From Eledone cirrhosa (taxonomy: Eukaryota): a DNA stretch of 64,000 nt. The stretch is from assembly GCA_964016885.1 (NCBI GenBank), contig OZ024754.1, positions 13,826,001-13,890,000 on the forward strand, in the 5' to 3' direction. The notes beneath the pieces are model-generated. The model saw nothing but the letters and a program-made list of their open reading frames with translations, ran no database searches and was not told the origin of the DNA. Below are positions 1 to 15,070 of this stretch, piece by piece (the stretch's first letter is position 1; each line of letters opens with the position of its first letter). Made by a program: the position numbers and the translations under genes.

Positions 1-652
1 GGGATGCCTACAGGTAATCAAGCCCCATATCTCTCAAATAACATGCAAGTGTGTTACCATTATATTAAGAAGGTGACCGACACCCCTTGTCTTTCTTGAA
101 GGAGTTATACTATAAAGCTTGCAGTTAGAGCATAGCTAGATGTAAATAAACCAGACAAATTATGGAATTACAGGTGTGTTTAAAATTTGAAAATGTGACA
201 ATCCCAAACAAAAAATAACTCACATAACAGTTGATCGCCAAAGACAAATATTGAGAAAATTTGGGTAAATTATCCATAGGATGGACAGAGATTTTTCCAT
301 CCCTAAAAAAAAAAATTACCAGATTTTTTTCAGCTATTACCTGTACTGAGCAACTGTTATTGCAGTTATTTTCTATGTTTGGGACTTTCATATTTTCAAA
401 TATAAAACACCCTCAGCTCTTTGAAAATTCATAGAGTTTAAAACTTTATAACAAGACATTTCAAGCCACAGAAGTCAAGAAATATGCAAACATGCGGTAT
501 TTTGCCTGTCACAGCTTATCACTATTTTACAAGTTTTCTAAATTTACCAACAACTACAAATAGAACTTTCTCTCCTTCTCTTTTACATTGTATTTACAAA
601 CATGAGAAAAAAAGTACTCATTACACACACATATATATATATATATATACAT

Positions 653-683
<31 letters not shown>

Positions 684-688
684 CACAT

Positions 689-722
<34 letters not shown>

Positions 723-1046
723 TAAAATCTGATTTATCACACAGTTGCTTCTTAGAGCTCCTCATAAGCCACAAGTCATACCTGTTATGTTGTATGGCCA
801 GCAAAGGACAATAAACTGAGTATTAGCAACTGTGTGACATATTGAATTTTAATATATATATATATATATATATACATATATTCATACATACATATATATA
901 TATACATACATATATATACAGACATATGCACACGTATGGACACATATATACATACATATATATACTCATGTACATGAATGTATGTATTGTCCTCTGTTAT
1001 TTTTTGTAAGTTTATCATATATATATGTGTGTGTGCATGTGTATAA

Positions 1047-1085
<39 letters not shown>

Positions 1086-1111
1086 TATGTGTGTGTGTGA
1101 ATATATGTATA

Positions 1112-1156
<45 letters not shown>

Positions 1157-1181
1157 AGTTCTGTTTTATAGCAATATGAAA

Positions 1182-1187
1182 TTTATT
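1182..1187 (-). promoter_or_regulatory. Candidate polyadenylation signal AATAAA of the FRRS1-like gene
   Basis: Minus-strand AATAAA about 300 nt after the stop codon; AT-rich context makes it weak. Confidence 0.3.
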
Positions 1188-1492
1188 CTATAGAAGGCTT
1201 TGCGTTGATATTTGATTCATTTAAATTATTTTTTTTTTTTTTTTTTTTTTTTCTAGGGTGTTTTTTGTTCAAATATACATTTTCTTCAAAGAAATATTTT
1301 TTCCTTCTGCAAAAATAGCACCATATGTTCAGTATCGATGTTGAACACTCGACGATGATACCAAAAGAAAAATAACAGCAACATTTCCACCGCCAGATCG
1401 CTGTCGAGTGTAATAGTAGTGGTGGTGATGGTGGTATAAGGCAGGATTTATATCGTTTGGCGGTGTGGTTACAGTGAATTTGTTAGTCTACA

Positions 1493-1585
1493 TTAGGCAG
1501 CAGCAATGACTATTATAACAATAACTGTCAGCACTGTAGTGAAGAACACATGGATAAAGAGGCAACATTTCTTGAATCGCCGACC
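1493..1585 (-). CDS. FRRS1: FRRS1-like last coding exon (C-terminal TM, stop)
   Basis: tatttccag|GRRFKKCCLFIHVFFTTVLTVIVIIVIAAA-TAA; resembles the GxxFKK+TM C-terminus of FRRS1. Confidence 0.88.
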   Translation of the reverse strand, partial: GRRFKKCCLFIHVFFTTVLTVIVIIVIAAA

Positions 1586-4500
1586 CTGGAAATAATGGAG
1601 AGAGAGAGAGAGAGAGATAGAGAGAGAGAGAGGTAAGGCGAGAGAAAGAAATATTAATACAGTGAAATTCTGTTGTAATGAAAATCACAAGGTATAAAAA
1701 AAATTTGTTGTAATGAAAAATTCTTTATAACGAGATTGTCCCACCCTTACAAGCAGGGAAAAGCAGACGTATGATGATGATGATGACTGAAACACATTGA
1801 ACGTATGGTTGGGGATTGAGAAAAATGTTGTTATACTGAAGTATTCTTTATAATGGAATTTTACCTGTATACAAAATTATGGGGGATATTTTCAGCAAAA
1901 ACAAAATAAAAAGGTTTAAAAAAAAAAAAAATTTCTAATTTCTAATGTAAAAGGTCATCAATTTTCAGAAAGGAAGGGCCAGGTCACAAGGACTCTTCAG
2001 TTGTGTCAAAGACATGACAACCTTCCTCGTGCTTGTGTCATGATAAACACACCCAGTACACACTGTAAAGTTGTTGGTGTTAGGAAAGGCATTCAACCAT
2101 AGAAACCATGCCAACTTCCCTAGTGCTGGTGCAACAATAAAATGCACCCAGTACACACTGTAAAATGGTGGGTGTCTGGAAGGCCATCCAACCATAGTAA
2201 CCATGCCAACTTCCCTAGTGCTGGTGCCACAATAAAATGCACCCAGTACACACTGTAAAATGGTGGGTGTGCCATCCAACCATAGTAACCATGCCAACTT
2301 CCCTAGTGCTGGTGCCACAATAAAATGCAATTAGCAGAGCAAGATGTCCATCTGAGAAGTCAGTAGCTTCACTTTAGTACTGACTCTAGCAGAGACAACT
2401 TGTCCAACTCTTGCTGTCAGGGAAAATAGACCTTAAATGATGATGATGGTGATGGTGATGGTGATGATGATGATGATGATGGTGATGATGGTGATGATAA
2501 TGATGGTGATGGTGATGATGGTGATGATAATGATGGTGATGGTGATGATGGTGATGATAATGATGGTGATGGTGATGATGATAATGATGGTGATGGTGAT
2601 GGTGATGATGATGATAATGGTGATGATGATGATGGTGATGATGATAATGGTGGTGATGATAATGGTGGTGATGATAATGATGGTGATGGTGATGACAATG
2701 GTGGTGATGATGGTGATGATGACAATGGTGGTGATGATGGTGATGGTGATGATGGTGATGATGGTGATGGTGATGATGATAGTGATGATGATGGTGATGA
2801 TGATGGTGATGATGATGGTGGTGATGATGGTGGTGGTGGTGATGATAGTGATGATGATGGTGATGATGATAATGGTGATGATAGTGATGATGATGGTGAT
2901 GATAATGATGGTGATGATGATGATCATGGTGATGATGATGGTGATAGTGATGATGATGATGGTGATGATAATAGTAATGATGGTGATGGTGATAATGATT
3001 ATGATTATGATGATGGTGATGATGGTGGTGAAGGGTCAAAGCGATTGAATCAATCATATTACTAGACTAATATTTAAATTTATCAAACCTCATAAGATAA
3101 AAGAGAGAGTTGATATGAAGTGCTGCCCTTTTTTTCTTTCTAATTAACCCCTTCGTTACTGTATCTCTAATAAAGTATACTGCCCACATATTTTAATTAA
3201 TTTTGAAAATGATAAAAAAAAAAAATGAAGGAATTAAATAAAATAACTAACTTTTTAATTAGCAAACTCATGTTTGGGACATTGCTAAATAATATCATCA
3301 TCACCATTTTACATCCATTCTTCCACGCTAGATGGGTTAGACGGGTTGTCCTGTTGTGGGCAATGCCAGGTCAGGTGACCATATCTTACTTATACAGAAC
3401 TGATTCTGGGTTCGTTTCTACAGCTGGATGCCCTTCCAAACACCAACCACATTTACAGTGAGTACTGGGTGTTTTTCTTACCATGGCACCTACACGACCA
3501 CTTCACAGTATGGACTAGGTGCTTTTGTATGGGCACATAAACGACCACTTCACAGTATGGACTAGGTGCTTTTGTACGGGCACCTACATGACCACTTCAC
3601 AGTATGGACTGGGTGCTTTTGTACGGGCACCTTCATGACCACTTCACAGTATGGACTAGGTACTTTTGTACGGGCACCTACATGACCACTCCACAGTATG
3701 GACGAGGTGCTTTTTTATGGGCACCTACATGACCACTTCACAGTATGGACTGGGTGCTTTTGTACGGACACCTACATGACCACTTCACAGTATGGACTAG
3801 GTGCTTTTTTATGGGCACCTACACGACCACTTCACAGTATGGACTGGGTGCTTTTTTACCATGCCCCCTACACGACCAGTTCACCGTGAGAGGGAAGGGG
3901 GCATACTGTTTATATGCTTCAGCTTATACCAGTGGGAAGTCGGGTCTTCTGTATTACTGCGTAACGCATGTCTTAAATGAAAATATGCAGGAAAGTTTTA
4001 AGATAATTGAACATTTTAAAATGAGTAGATCTGTAAAGTGCCGTGTTGGTGTTGCTGGTGTCACAAAAAAAAAAAGAGACCCTGTCCACACTGTTAGGTG
4101 ATAGTGGTGTTACTATGTGAAATCAAATCTAGTACATACAATGAAGTGGTTGGCATGGTGAGAAGCCAGTTGTAGAAACAATGCTCGATTGGACAGTATG
4201 AGGATGACATAGTCGTCTAACCTGTCTGCCCTAGCCTTAGAGTCTGACAACACATCTAACCCATGCAAGCATGAAAAATAGATGTAAAAGGGTGATGATG
4301 AAGATGATGATTTTTACATGAGAAGATTTGTATCATAAAATCAGGGGCGTTTTCATCATCCTCTGTTCACAGGATAAACTACACTGTTAATGGAAACTGT
4401 TGATATTACTGTTCACACCTATGTAGGGTTAGCTGGCCTCCAGTGAGGGTCATGTTACTGTTCACACCTATGTAGGGTTAGCTGGCCTCCAGTGAGGGTC

Positions 4501-7500
4501 ATGTTACTGTTCACACCTATGTAGGGTTAGCTGGCCTCCAGTGAGGGTCATGTTACTGTTCACACCTGTGTAGGGTTAGCTGGCCTCCAGTGAGGGTCAT
4601 GTTACTGTTCACACCTGTGTAGGGTTAGCTGGCCTCCAGTGAGGGTCATGTTACTGTTCACACCTGTGTAGGGTTAGCTGGCTTCCAGTGAGGGTCATGT
4701 TACTGTTCACACCTGTGTAGGGTTAGCTGGCCTCCAGTGAGGGTCATGTTACTGTTCACACCTGTGTAGGGTTAGCTGGCCTCCAGTGAGGGTCATGTTA
4801 CTGTTCACACCTGTGTAGGGTTAGCTGGCCTCCAGTGAGGGTCATGTTACTGTTCACACCTGTGTAGGGTTAGCTGGTCTTCTATGTTGTTGTTATAGTT
4901 CATAACAGAGGTTCTCAAAGTGGGTGTTGTTACAGCTCACACCTTCGTAGGTTTAGTTGGCCTCCTATGTGATTACATCTCATTGGAGGTTTCTTAGGAG
5001 TATTAATGATAAAGACTGTCCCTTAGACTGGGGGCTAGTCCATTGCAGGAGTTACAGCTGCTGCTAATAGTCTATTATGATATATTTTATTTTATTTTAT
5101 TTTTTTTTATCTATATTTCATTTTATTCTATTATTATTTGGGGAGGGGGCTGAATGAACTTGAGCAATGCGAAATGAAGCATCTTGCTCAAGGATGGAGT
5201 GTGCCACCCAGTCAAGGAATGGTGAGTGGCATCTAACAACAACATAGGAGGTGTGTATATTTACAGCATGGTGACATCTAACAATTATAGAGAAGATATA
5301 TTTAGGAAGTGTACGTAGAAGTGTACGTAGGATGTATATAAAGGGTGTATATAAAGGGTGTATAAAGGGTGTATATACTTACAACAGGGTGTGGTTCTGG
5401 GATATACATCTTTGGATTCTCCCTCTTTGCATATTCATATTTTTCTCGTCGATCTGCAATAAAGGAAGCATCAGTGTCAATAGGTTGGTACCAGTGTCAG
5501 TTGGTTGGTACCAGTGTCAATAAGTTGGTACCAGTGTCAATAAGTTGGTACCAGTGTCAATAGGTTGGTACCAGTGTCAATAGGTTGGTACCAGTGTCAA
5601 TAGGTTGGTACCAGTGTCAATAAGTTGGTACCAGTGGCAATAGGTTGGTACCAGTGTCAATAAGTTAGTACCAGTGTCAATAAGTTGGTACCAGTGTCAA
5701 TAAGTTGGTACCAGTGTCAATAAGTTGGTACCAGTGTCAATAAGTTGGTACCATTGTCAATAGGTTGGTACCAGTGTCAATAAGTTGGTACCAGTGTCAA
5801 TAAGTTGGTACCAGTGTCAATAGGTTGGTACCAGTGTCAATAAGTTGGTACCAGTGTCAATAGGTTGGTACCAGTGTCAATAAGTTGGTACCAGTGTCAA
5901 TAAGTTGGTACCAGTGTCAATAAGTTGGTACCAGTGTCAATAGGTTGGTACCAGTGTCAATAAGTTGGTACCAGTGTCAATAAGTTGGTACCAGTGTCAA
6001 TAATTTGGTACCAATGTCAATAGGCTGGTAGCAGTGTCAATAAGTTGGTACCAGTGTCAATAAGTTGGTACCAGTGTCAATAGGTTGGTACCAGTGTCAA
6101 TAAGTTGGTACCAGTGTCAATAAGTTGGTACCAGTGTCAATAAGTTGGTACCAGTGTCAATAGGTTGGTACCAGTGTCAATAAGTTGGTGCCAGTGTCAA
6201 TAGGTTGGTACCAGTGTCAATAGGTTGGTACCAGTGTCAATAAGTTGGTACCAGTGCCAATAAGTTGGTACCAGTGTCAATAAGTTGGCACCAGTGTCAA
6301 TAGGTTGGTACCAGTGTCAATAAGTTGGTACCAGTGTCAATAAGTTGGTACCAGTGTCAATAGGTTGGTACCAGTGTCAATAAGTTGGTACCAGTGTCAA
6401 TAGGTTGGTACCAGTGTCAATAAGTTGGTAGCAGTGTCAATAAGTTGGTACCAGTGTCAATAAGTTGGTACCAGTGTCAATAAGTTGGTACCAGTGTCAA
6501 TAGGTTGGTACCAGTGTCAATAAGTTGGTACCAGTGCCAATAAGTTGGTTCCAGTGTCAATAGGTTGGTACCAGTATCAATAAGTTGGTACCAGTGTCAA
6601 TAGGTTGGTACCAGTGCCAATAAGTTGGTACCAGTGTCAATAAGTTGGTACCAGTGTCAATAGGTTGGTACCAGTGTCAATAGGTTGGTACCAGTGCCAA
6701 TAAGTTGGTACCAGTGCCAATAAGTTGGTACCAGTGTCAATAAGTTGGTACCAGTGTCAAGAAGTTGGTACCAGTGCCAATAGGTTGGTACCAGTGCCAA
6801 TAGGTTGGTACCAGTGTCAATAGGTTGGTACCAGTGTCAATAAGTTGGTACCAGTGTCAATAAGTTGGTACCAGTGTCAAGAAGTTGGTACCAGTGTCAA
6901 TAGGTTAGTACCAGTGTCAATAGGTTAGTACCAGTGTCAATAGGTTAGTACCAGTGTCAATAGGTTGGTACCAGTGTTAATAAGTTAGTACCAGTGCCAA
7001 TAGGTTAGTACCAGTGTCAATAGGTTGGTACCAGTGTTAATAAGTTAGTACCAGTGTCAATAGGTTGGTACCAGTGTTAATAAGTTAGTACCAGTGTCAA
7101 TAAGTTGGTATTGGTATCAGTCTCAATAAGTTAGTATCAACCACCAGTAGCCACAACTTGACAGCCATAGCAATGGAGTATGGAGTGTCGCTGTGATGTG
7201 TGTTCAGGAGATTGGCAGTTGAATAGGAGAAAGAGGAGGAGGAAATGTTAGCGAAACATCAAGAGAAAGGATCATAGAGGGAAACAGATAGATTGATAAA
7301 GAGAGAGACAGAGAGGGAAAGAGAGAGAGAAAACAAGAGAGAGAAACAGAGAGGGAAAGAGAGAGGGAAAACAAGAGAGAGAGATAAAGAGAGAGAGAGT
7401 GAGATAAAGAGAGAGAGAGAGAGAGGGAAAGAGAGAGGGAAAACAAGAGAGAGCAAGACAGAGAAATTTACCTTCATTTTTCTCATAGTAGCAGAAGTCA

Positions 7501-9512
7501 TGTATCTTGAGTAAAATATCAATAATAAGCTGGATTATCATGATAGCAACGAGGAACCATGTGATCCACCAAGGTATGTAGTATCTGCCATAGTCTAGAC
7601 TGATCAGTAAAGTTGGAACTAGAAGAAGCGAAGTGGAAACACCAATGACAGTCTTAGAAAAACAACAGAGATTTAAAACAACAAAATAATAAAAAAATAT
7701 ACATAAAAATTTGAAAATACACCCAGCACACTCTGTAAAGTGGTAGTGTTGGTGCAATGATAAGATGCACCCAGCACACTCTGTAAAGTAGTAGAGCTGG
7801 TGTCATGATAGAATACACCCAGTACACTCTGAAAAGTGGTAGTGTTGGTGCAATGATAAGATGCACCCAGCACACTCTGTAAAGTAGTAGTGTTGGTGCC
7901 ATGATAGAATACACCCAGCACACCCTGTAAAGTAGTAGTGTTGGTGCCATGATAAGATGCACCCAGTACACTCTGTAAAGTGGTAGTGTTGGTCCCATGA
8001 TTAAATGCACCCAGCACACTCTGTAAAGTAGTAGAGCTGGTGCCATGATAGAATGCACCCAGCACACCCTGTAAAGTAGTAGTGTTGGTGCCATGATTAG
8101 ATGCACCCAGCACACTCTGTAAAGTGGTAGTGTTGGTGATACCATGATTAAATACACCCAGCACACTCTGTAAAGTGGTAGAGCTGGTGCCATGATAGAA
8201 TGCACCCAGCACACCCTGTAAAGTAGTAGTGTTGGTGCTACCATGATTAAATACACCCAGCACACTCTGTAAAGTGGTAGTGTTGGTGCCATGATTAAAT
8301 GCACCCAGCACACTCTGTAAAGTGGTAGTGTTGGTGCCATGATAAAATACACCCAGTCCCCCTGTAAAGTGGTAGTGCAAGTGCCATGACAAAATACATA
8401 TGGTCCACTCTGTAAAATAGTAGTGCTGATGCCACAAGCTGTACTCAGTCCACTCGGTAAATTGGTAATATTGGCACCATAATGTGCATCAACTTCACCA
8501 AGTAACGTGGTAGTGATGTCCAGATAAAATACACCCAGTCCATTCTATAAAGTGGGAAGACAGGTGCCATGATAAAATGCACCCAGTCCACTCTGTAAAT
8601 TGTGATGAGGGCAGTAAATAAATGCTACAAAGTATTTTGTCTGACGCTCTACTGATTCTACCAATATGCAGCCCTGATTAAGTAAGTGCAATAAATCATA
8701 AGTTAGTAAGAAACAACAATAATAAATACAGGACAATAATTGTTTCTACTTTTGGCACAAGGCCAGCAATTATCCCAGTGCTTCATTTTATCGACCCCGT
8801 AAGGATGAGAGGCAAAGTTAACCTCGGCGTGATCTGAACTCAGGCTGTAAGGGGCCGTAACTCTATACGCCAAAGCATTGCGTCCGACCCTCCAGCAATA
8901 CTGCCAATCCACCACCCTTGCTGACCAATAAAGAACAATAATTGTTTCTACTTTTGGCACAAGACCAGCAATTACCCAGTACATTACTGGTACTTTATTT
9001 TATCGACCCCCGTATGGATGAAAGGCAAAGTTAACCTCGGCAGGATTTGAACTCAGACCGTAAAGGGACAGAACTAATCTGGAAAGCATGGCGTCCAACC
9101 CTCTACCGATACTGCCAATTCACTGCCATAAAGAACAATAATGAATACAGAACACAGAAGGCAGTAACTAAATGCCACAAAGCATTTCGTCCGACACTCT
9201 ACCGATTCTGCCAAGCCACGGCTCTGATTAAGTGATTGCAACAACAAACAATAATACTCACTGGCCAAAATGAGAGTGACCAAACAGAGAATAAAACAGA
9301 TGACGTTGAAGATAAACTGAAGGCATCCATCTGTACAGCGAATCAACAACATTATTATCGGCTGAAAGAGAAAAAACAATGGAAAGTCGTCGTCTAATAG
9401 AAAATTCTTTCATGGTTTTTATCTGCATGAGTGGCTTGAATGGTTCTTTTTGTTTTCTGTCTTATTTCTGGCTTTTTTATGTTTTATATTGTTTTATGTT
9501 ATTTTATCTCTA

Positions 9513-9586
<74 letters not shown>

Positions 9587-12500
9587 TATATATATATATA
9601 TATATATTTATTTATTTATATATATACATACATCATATATATATATATATTTATTTATTTATATATATATAAACATACATCATATACACATACACACATA
9701 TATATATACACACACACACACATACATATATATACATATATAGTGTTGTTGTTTTTTTTCATAAAACAGTGTAGCTAGATAAATAGTTGTAAAGAAATGG
9801 TATGGGTTAGATGAGCAGTCAGAGAGTAAACAGAATGGCTTAGATAAATACTTGTAGAAAAAAGAACCACAAATCCAATGGCATTGTTGTTGTTGTTGTT
9901 GCTGTTGTATATAAACAATTACAAATAAACAGTGTGGCTTAGATAAACAGTCGCAAAATAAATGATGCCGGCTTAGGGAAACAATCGCAAATAAAATAGT
10001 GGAGCTTCAGTGACCAATTTAGTAATGATAGAAAGAAGAGAACAAAAGAGAAGTGATTAATGGCTACAGAGAATTGGTAAAAGAAGATAGCCAAATGTCC
10101 AGAAAGTCTGATAATTTAGTGTAGGGTAGTGAAGGAAGGTTGAGGGGGTTTCAACATTGAAACATTTCTGGTAATGTAAACTACAAGATGTTAAACTAAC
10201 TGAATATAGTGAAGATTGATTGAGGTACGGGGTGAGGTTTGGCTGAGGTGTTGAGGTGTTGGGTGAGGTTTGTCTGAGTGTTGAGGTATTGGGTGAGGTT
10301 AGGCTGAGGTATTGGTGAGGTTAGACTGGGGTATTGGCTGAGGTTAGACTGGGGTATTGGGAGAGGTGAGACTGAGGTGCTGAGGTATTGGCTGAGGTGT
10401 TGACTCAGGTATTGGCTGAGGTATTGACAGATGTATTGGCTGAGGTATTGGCTGAGGTATTGACAGAGGTATTGGCTGAGGTATTGACTGAGGTTAGACT
10501 GAGGTATTGACTGAGGTTAGACTGAGGTATTGACTGAGGTATTGACTGAGGTTAGACTGAGGTATTGACTGAGGTTAGACTGAGGTATTGAGTGAGGTTA
10601 GACTGAGGTATTGACTGAGGTTAGACTGAGGTATTGATTGAGGTTAGACTGAGGTATTGGCTGCGGTTAAACTGAGGTATTGGCTGAGGTATTGGCTGAG
10701 GTTAGACTGAGGTATTGGCTGAGGTTAGACTGAGGTATTGATTGAGGTTAGACTGAGGTATTGGCTGAGGTTAGTTGAGGTATTGATTGAGGTTAGACTG
10801 AAGTATTGGCTGAGGTTAACTGAGGTATTGACTGAGGTATTGACTGAGGTATTGACTGAGGTTAGACTGAGGTATTGACTGAAGTTAGACTGAGGTATTG
10901 ACTGAGGTATTGACAGAGGTATTGACTGAGGTATTGACTGAGGTTACACTGAGGTTAGACTGAGGTATTGGGTGAGGTATTGACTGAGGTGTTGGGTGAG
11001 GTTAGACTGAGGTGTTGGGTGAGGTTAGACTGAGGTATTGGCTGAGGTTAGAATGAGGTTAGACTGAGGTATTGGCTGAGGTTAGACTGAGGTATTGGCT
11101 GAGGTAGGACTGAGATATTGGCTGAGGTAGGACTGAGGTTAGACTGAGGTGTTGGCTGAGGTTAGACTGAGGTATTGGCTGAGGTTAGACTGAGTGTTGA
11201 CTGAGGTTAGACTGAGGTTAAACTGAGGTTAAACTGAGGTGTTGGCTGAGGTTAGACTGAGTTATCGGGTGAGGTTTAGATGAGGTATTGGCTGAGGTTA
11301 GACTGAGGTATTGGCTAGGTTAGGTTAATGTATTGACTGAGGTTAGACTGAGGTATTGGCTGAGGTTAGACTGAGGTATTGGCTGAGGTATTGGCTGAGG
11401 TTAGACTGAGGTATTGGCTGAGGTTAGACTGAGGTGTTGACTGAGGTTAAACTGAGGTTAAACTGAGGTTAGACTGAGGTTAGACTGAGGTTAGACTGAG
11501 GTTAGACTGAGTTATCGGGTGAGGTTTAGATGAGGTATTGGCTGAGGTTAGACTGAGGTATTGGCTGAGGTTAGACTGAGGTATTGACTGAGGTGTTGGC
11601 TGAGGTTAGACTGAGGTATTGACTGAGGTTAGACTGAGGTATTGGTGAGGTTAGACTGAGGTATTGGCTGAGGTTACACTGAGGTATTGGGTGAGGTTAG
11701 ACTGAGGTATTGGCTGAGGTTAGACTGAGGTATTAGCTGAGGTTAGACTGAGGTATTGGGTGAGGTTAAACTGAGGTATTGGCTGAGGTTAGACTGAGCT
11801 ATTGGGTGAGGTTAGACTGAGGTATTGACTGAGGTTAGACTGAGGTATTGGGTGAGGTTAGACTGAGGTATTGGGTGAGGTTAGACTGAGGTATTGACTG
11901 AGGTTAGACTGAGGTATTGACTGAGGTTAAACTGAGGTTAGACTGAGCTATTGGGTGAGGTTAGACTGAGGTATTGACTGAGGTTAGACTGAGGTTAGAC
12001 TGAGGTGTTGGCTGAGGTTAGACTGAGGTATTGGGTGAGGTTAGACTGAGGTATTGACTGAGGTTAGACTGAGGTATTGGCTGAGGTTAGACTGAGGTGT
12101 TGGCTGAGGTAAGACTGAGGTATTGGCTGAGGTTAGACTGAGCTATTGGGTGAGGTTAGACTGAGGTATTGACTGAGGTATTGGCTGAGGTTAGACTGAG
12201 GTATTGGCTGAGGCTAGACTGAGGTATTGGCTGAGGTTAGACTGAGGTATTGGGTGAGGTTAGACTGAGGTATTGGGTGAGGTATTGGGTGAGGTTAGAC
12301 TGAGGTATTGGCTGAGGTTAGACTGAGGTTAGACTGAGGTTAGACTGAGGTATTGACTGAGGTATTGACTGAGGTAAGACTGAGGTTAGACTGAGGTTAG
12401 ACTATATTATAAATCATCATCATCATAATCATCATCATTTTACGTCCGCTCTTCCCTGCTTGCAAGAGGAATTTAAAAAAAAAAACAGAAGTACTTACAA

Positions 12501-14664
12501 TTATCAAGACACACACAAAGACAATAATCAGCATAATTGGATGAGCTTTGAGTGGTAGATAGGGAGCCTGCAAATATAGAGAAGTAGATGAACAAACATA
12601 TTAGAGAGAGAATACAAATATAGACAAATAATTGTTTTTACTTTTGGCACAAGGCCAGCAATTACCCCAGTGTATTACTGGTGCTTTATTTTATTGACCT
12701 CGTAAGGATGAAAGGTAAAGTTAACCTTGGCAGGATTTGAACTCAGAACGTAAAGGGCCGTAACTCTGTGCTGCAAAGCATGGTGTCTGATGCTCTACCA
12801 ATACTGCCAATCCACCGCCCTGATATAGACAAATAATTGTTTCTACTTTAGGCACAAGGCCAGCAATTACCCAGTGCATTACTGGTACTTTATTTTATCG
12901 ACCCCGTAAGGATGAAAGGCAAAGTTAACCTCGGCAGGATTTGAACTCAGACCGTAAAGGGACGTAACTGTGCTGGGAAGCAAGGCGTCCGACCCTCTAC
13001 CGATACTGCCAATTCACATCTGATATAGACAAATAATTATTTCTAGTATAGGCAGAAGGCCAGTAATCTGTGGGGAGGGGAAAGTCGATTAAATCAACCC
13101 CCAGTACGTTACTGGTGCATTATTTTACCGACCCCGCAAGAATGAAAAGCAAAGTTAACTGTAAAGGGCCATAACTCTATGCTGCAAAGCATGGCGTCTG
13201 ACGTTCTACTGATACTGCCAATCCACCACCCTTATATAGACAAATAATACTAAGGGTTTCTCATTTAGCACAAAACTAACAAAGTTGGTTTCTGATTTAG
13301 GCACAAGGCCAGCAATTTTAAGGGGTGCGGAGAAAGTCAATTAAACCAACCCCGCAGTACGTTACTGGTACTTTATTTTACCAACCTCGTAAAGGTAGAA
13401 AGTCAAAGCTGACCAGGACAGAATTTGAACTCAAAATGTAGAAAATTATAACTAAATACTGCAAAGCATTTGTTCTGATGCTCTACCGATTCTGTGCACT
13501 GTCCTCAATAATTATAATAATAAGGAGGAGGAGAAAACAACAAAGACTATACTACTCACATCTAAAAAGAAATGACATACAACACAAAGCTTTCAATTCA
13601 ATAGAACAACTAAAACAATACATATTCTTGAAAACTGCCTGTGTTCTGAGTTCAAATCCTGCCAAGGTCAATACTGCTTTTCATCCTTTCAAGGTATATA
13701 AAGTACCAGTCCTGTGCTGGGTTGGTTCTCTCTCGGCTGTGTTCTGACCTGGAGAGGAATGAACTCTACCAGGTTTAACCCTTTACCATTTACATTACTC
13801 TATATTTACTATTGTATTTTCACGGTAAACACTTTATCTCACATAATTATTTCACATAATATCAAATCTATGAGATTTTGGTATCATTTATTTTGAGAAC
13901 AATACTTTAACATCAGTATGAGGGGCTGGTTATAGTCGGTTTGAACAGAAAGAGGTCAGAGAATTCTGGCCGGACGTGGCCAGCTTAAATACCTAAAGGG
14001 TTAAAAATACCCACGACATACTGTGTGTCAGAGGGCGTCTCTATGACACCATCAGTAGTTAAGGGCCCTTTACAGTTTTATTCCATCATTGGAACTGAAC
14101 CATTACGACATGTCTTACCAAATAACTGTTGTAACTTCTATGACATGTCTTACCACATTATCATAAAGAATATGACAATATTAACAAAAAACAAGAGAGA
14201 TAAAAGATGTAGTAAAGACTTACTTCGACATATCCTCCAGCGTCCACAAAGAAAAGGATAAATGCGAGGATCATGAGGATAAACACTGACACCATACATG
14301 TCCAGTAGACCTAGAGATAGAGAGAGATAGAGAGAGAGAGAGAGATGAGGAACATTAGACATTGGTCGTGAAGGATAAAGATAACTAGGATGAAAACAAT
14401 AAAGAAAAATTAGATACATATATATGTGTGTGTGTGTATTATATATATATATATATATATATACATATTTATTAAAATAACAGATTAAAGTTTAAGCAAA
14501 GAATGGCTGCTTTCACCCTTAACGGGATCTTCTGAAACTTTCAGAAGATCTTAAACTTTAATCTGTTATTTTAATAAATATTTGCTCTACGGTTCTTATA
14601 TATTTGATATATATTTATCCTTATCGAGCCCTCTTTGGATTTTAGACTTCACATTTATTATTAT

Positions 14665-14706
<42 letters not shown>

Positions 14707-15033
14707 ATAATAATAAATGTGAAGACTAAAATCCAAAGAGGGCTCGATAAGGATAAATATATATCAAATATATAAGAACCATATATATATACATACATAT
14801 AAACAAAGAATTATACATATCTCTACACGAGTATAGATACAAGTACAGATCATATCTCTACATGAGTATAGATACATACACACATACATACATACAGAGT
14901 GTCCAACTTATACTGAGTTTGATTCTATGAAAGAGTTAATAAAATTAACAGATTCAGAGCCTAATAATATCAAATATGGAAAAAGGAAACAAGTTAAGAA
15001 AAAATCTTTACTTACTCACTTTAATGTCCCTAC

Positions 15034-15070
<37 letters not shown>

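Noticed and set aside
2386-3057. Poly-His/Ile/Met ORFs
   Set aside because: Translations of a trinucleotide microsatellite inside an intron
4406-7140. CRISPR-like appearance of regular repeats
   Set aside because: No unique spacers, no cas genes, eukaryotic intron
10210-12402. Telomere-like repeat (GGTTAG)
   Set aside because: Units are 11/12 bp CTGAGG-based, not tandem TTAGGG
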